A stretch of 54,198 nt of DNA from Vicinamibacterales bacterium. Lineage in GTDB: Bacteria > Acidobacteriota > Vicinamibacteria > Vicinamibacterales > CAVVIG01. The stretch is taken from the NCBI GenBank assembly GCA_036268855.1, contig DATATJ010000092.1:1-54198 (forward strand). The letters are read 5' to 3'. Positions within the stretch are counted from its first letter, which is position 1, and each line of letters opens with the position of its first letter. The notes below the pieces were generated by a model, which saw only the letters and a list, made by a program, of their open reading frames with translations, made no database searches and was not told the origin of the DNA. A program made the position numbers and the translations under genes. Shown here in pieces: positions 53,400 to 54,198 of this stretch.

Positions 53400-54128
53400 C
53401 TATTGAACCTTACGCAGCTTCCGCGTGCGCTCGCGATACTGGAACGTGCCGCAGCCGTGCGGGCAGTCGAAGTAGTCCCACTGTTCGGAGTTGCGCGCGC
53501 TGACGCCGCCGATATGGCTCCGCTGGTAGAGCAGCGGCTGATCGCACGCCGGGCAAATGAGCGCCGGCGGCGCCAGGGGCGGCGTGGTCGTGTCGTGCCG
53601 CTGGTGGGCGCGGCTGAGGGCGATCCGGTGCGTCTGGCGCGATCGCTCCAATAGGACGTCGGACTTCTGTAGTTGCTCGCCGATCCGGTTTCGGGCGGCG
53701 ACGGCTCGCGCGCGAAGATCTTTGGACTGCTTGAGGAGCCGCTGGATTTCGTCCACGAGCGTTTCCGGCAGGCATGGCTTGACGAGCACGGCGTCCGCGC
53801 CGACCGACCGCGCGCGCTGCAGGTCGACCGCGAAGGCATCGCCCGTCACCATGACGATCGGGATCGCCCGCGTCGTCGAATCGCGCTTGAGGATCGAGCA
53901 CAGATCGAAGCCGTTGATGCCGGGCAGGCGCGATTCGGTGACGATGATGTCGGGATGGCCGGCAATGGCTTTGGCCAGCGCTTCGCGGCCATCGGCCGCC
54001 TCGTCGACGGACCAGGCGCTGAACTTCATGTACTCCGCGTACATCCGCCGCGTGTCGGCGTCGCGATCAACGAGCAGGGCGACGTTGATGGGAGAGGCGA
54101 GGGGCGCCATGCCAGCGGGCTTGTTCAT
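53400..54128 (-). CDS. atypical response-regulator receiver (Glu at the acceptor position) with C-terminal Cys4-type zinc-ribbon domain
   Basis: Receiver fold: VALLVDRDADTRR...HPDIIVTESRLPGINGFDL...IPIVMVTG...ADAVLVKP. The C-terminus is ICPACDQPLLYQRSH...WDYFDCPHGCGTFQYRERTRKLRK. Confidence 0.75.
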   Translation of the reverse strand: MNKPAGMAPLASPINVALLVDRDADTRRMYAEYMKFSAWSVDEAADGREALAKAIAGHPDIIVTESRLPGINGFDLCSILKRDSTTRAIPIVMVTGDAFAVDLQRARSVGADAVLVKPCLPETLVDEIQRLLKQSKDLRARAVAARNRIGEQLQKSDVLLERSRQTHRIALSRAHQRHDTTTPPLAPPALICPACDQPLLYQRSHIGGVSARNSEQWDYFDCPHGCGTFQYRERTRKLRKVQ

Positions 54129-54198
54129 CAGAACCCCGGAGATCTGTCTGTATTTTCCGGTCTCGCAGGCCTCTCACTATATCCCGGAGGCACGCCTC

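Overview
This is a GC-rich (judged by eye, not computed) 54.2 kb chromosomal segment. I read about 55 protein-coding genes and no rRNA, tRNA, CRISPR array, transposase, integrase or phage gene.

Several families point to an Acidobacteriota-like diderm, which is inference only:
- a VWA protein of the type expanded in acidobacteria
- a BlaR1-type M56 protease fused to a TonB C-terminal domain
- CarboxypepD_reg-type TonB-dependent receptor remains
- a TolB-like beta-propeller with an 'LDSWKEIAAYL' N-terminus

Most genes are ordinary: ggt, mgtE, nhaA, ftsB, cutA, dedA, a trans-sulfuration PLP enzyme, rnc, hutU, hutH, purA, lepB, an APC permease, an aldo/keto reductase and others.

The most system-like locus is a minus-strand sortase module at 49.9-52.3 kb. 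A sortase with an intact catalytic triad is translationally coupled (GTGA) to an acidobacterial-type VWA protein. Just upstream is a secreted protein ending in LPRTAS + hydrophobic helix + RRR.

Other points worth a second look:
- a six-gene polyprenyl-phosphate/GT-C glycosylation cluster with an AsnB-type amidotransferase (29.2-34.3 kb)
- a REP-like repeat family sharing the core GCGCGAAGG at three intergenic sites
- three decayed genes within 10 kb: a frameshifted SRPBCC gene, an internally deleted TonB-dependent receptor and a sigJ-like remnant
- a roughly 48-codon low-complexity insertion in hutH
- an AAA ATPase coupled to hutU
- a DUF2007-RNase III fusion
- a receiver protein with Glu at the phospho-acceptor position plus a C-terminal zinc ribbon

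Two genes are missing from the supplied ORF track and were found by hand. One is an Sfp-type PPTase truncated by the left edge (1-710, minus strand). The other is a conserved-looking 50-aa ORF (15276-15428).

All family calls rest on motifs I recognise in the translations. No database search was run, and many start codons are uncertain.
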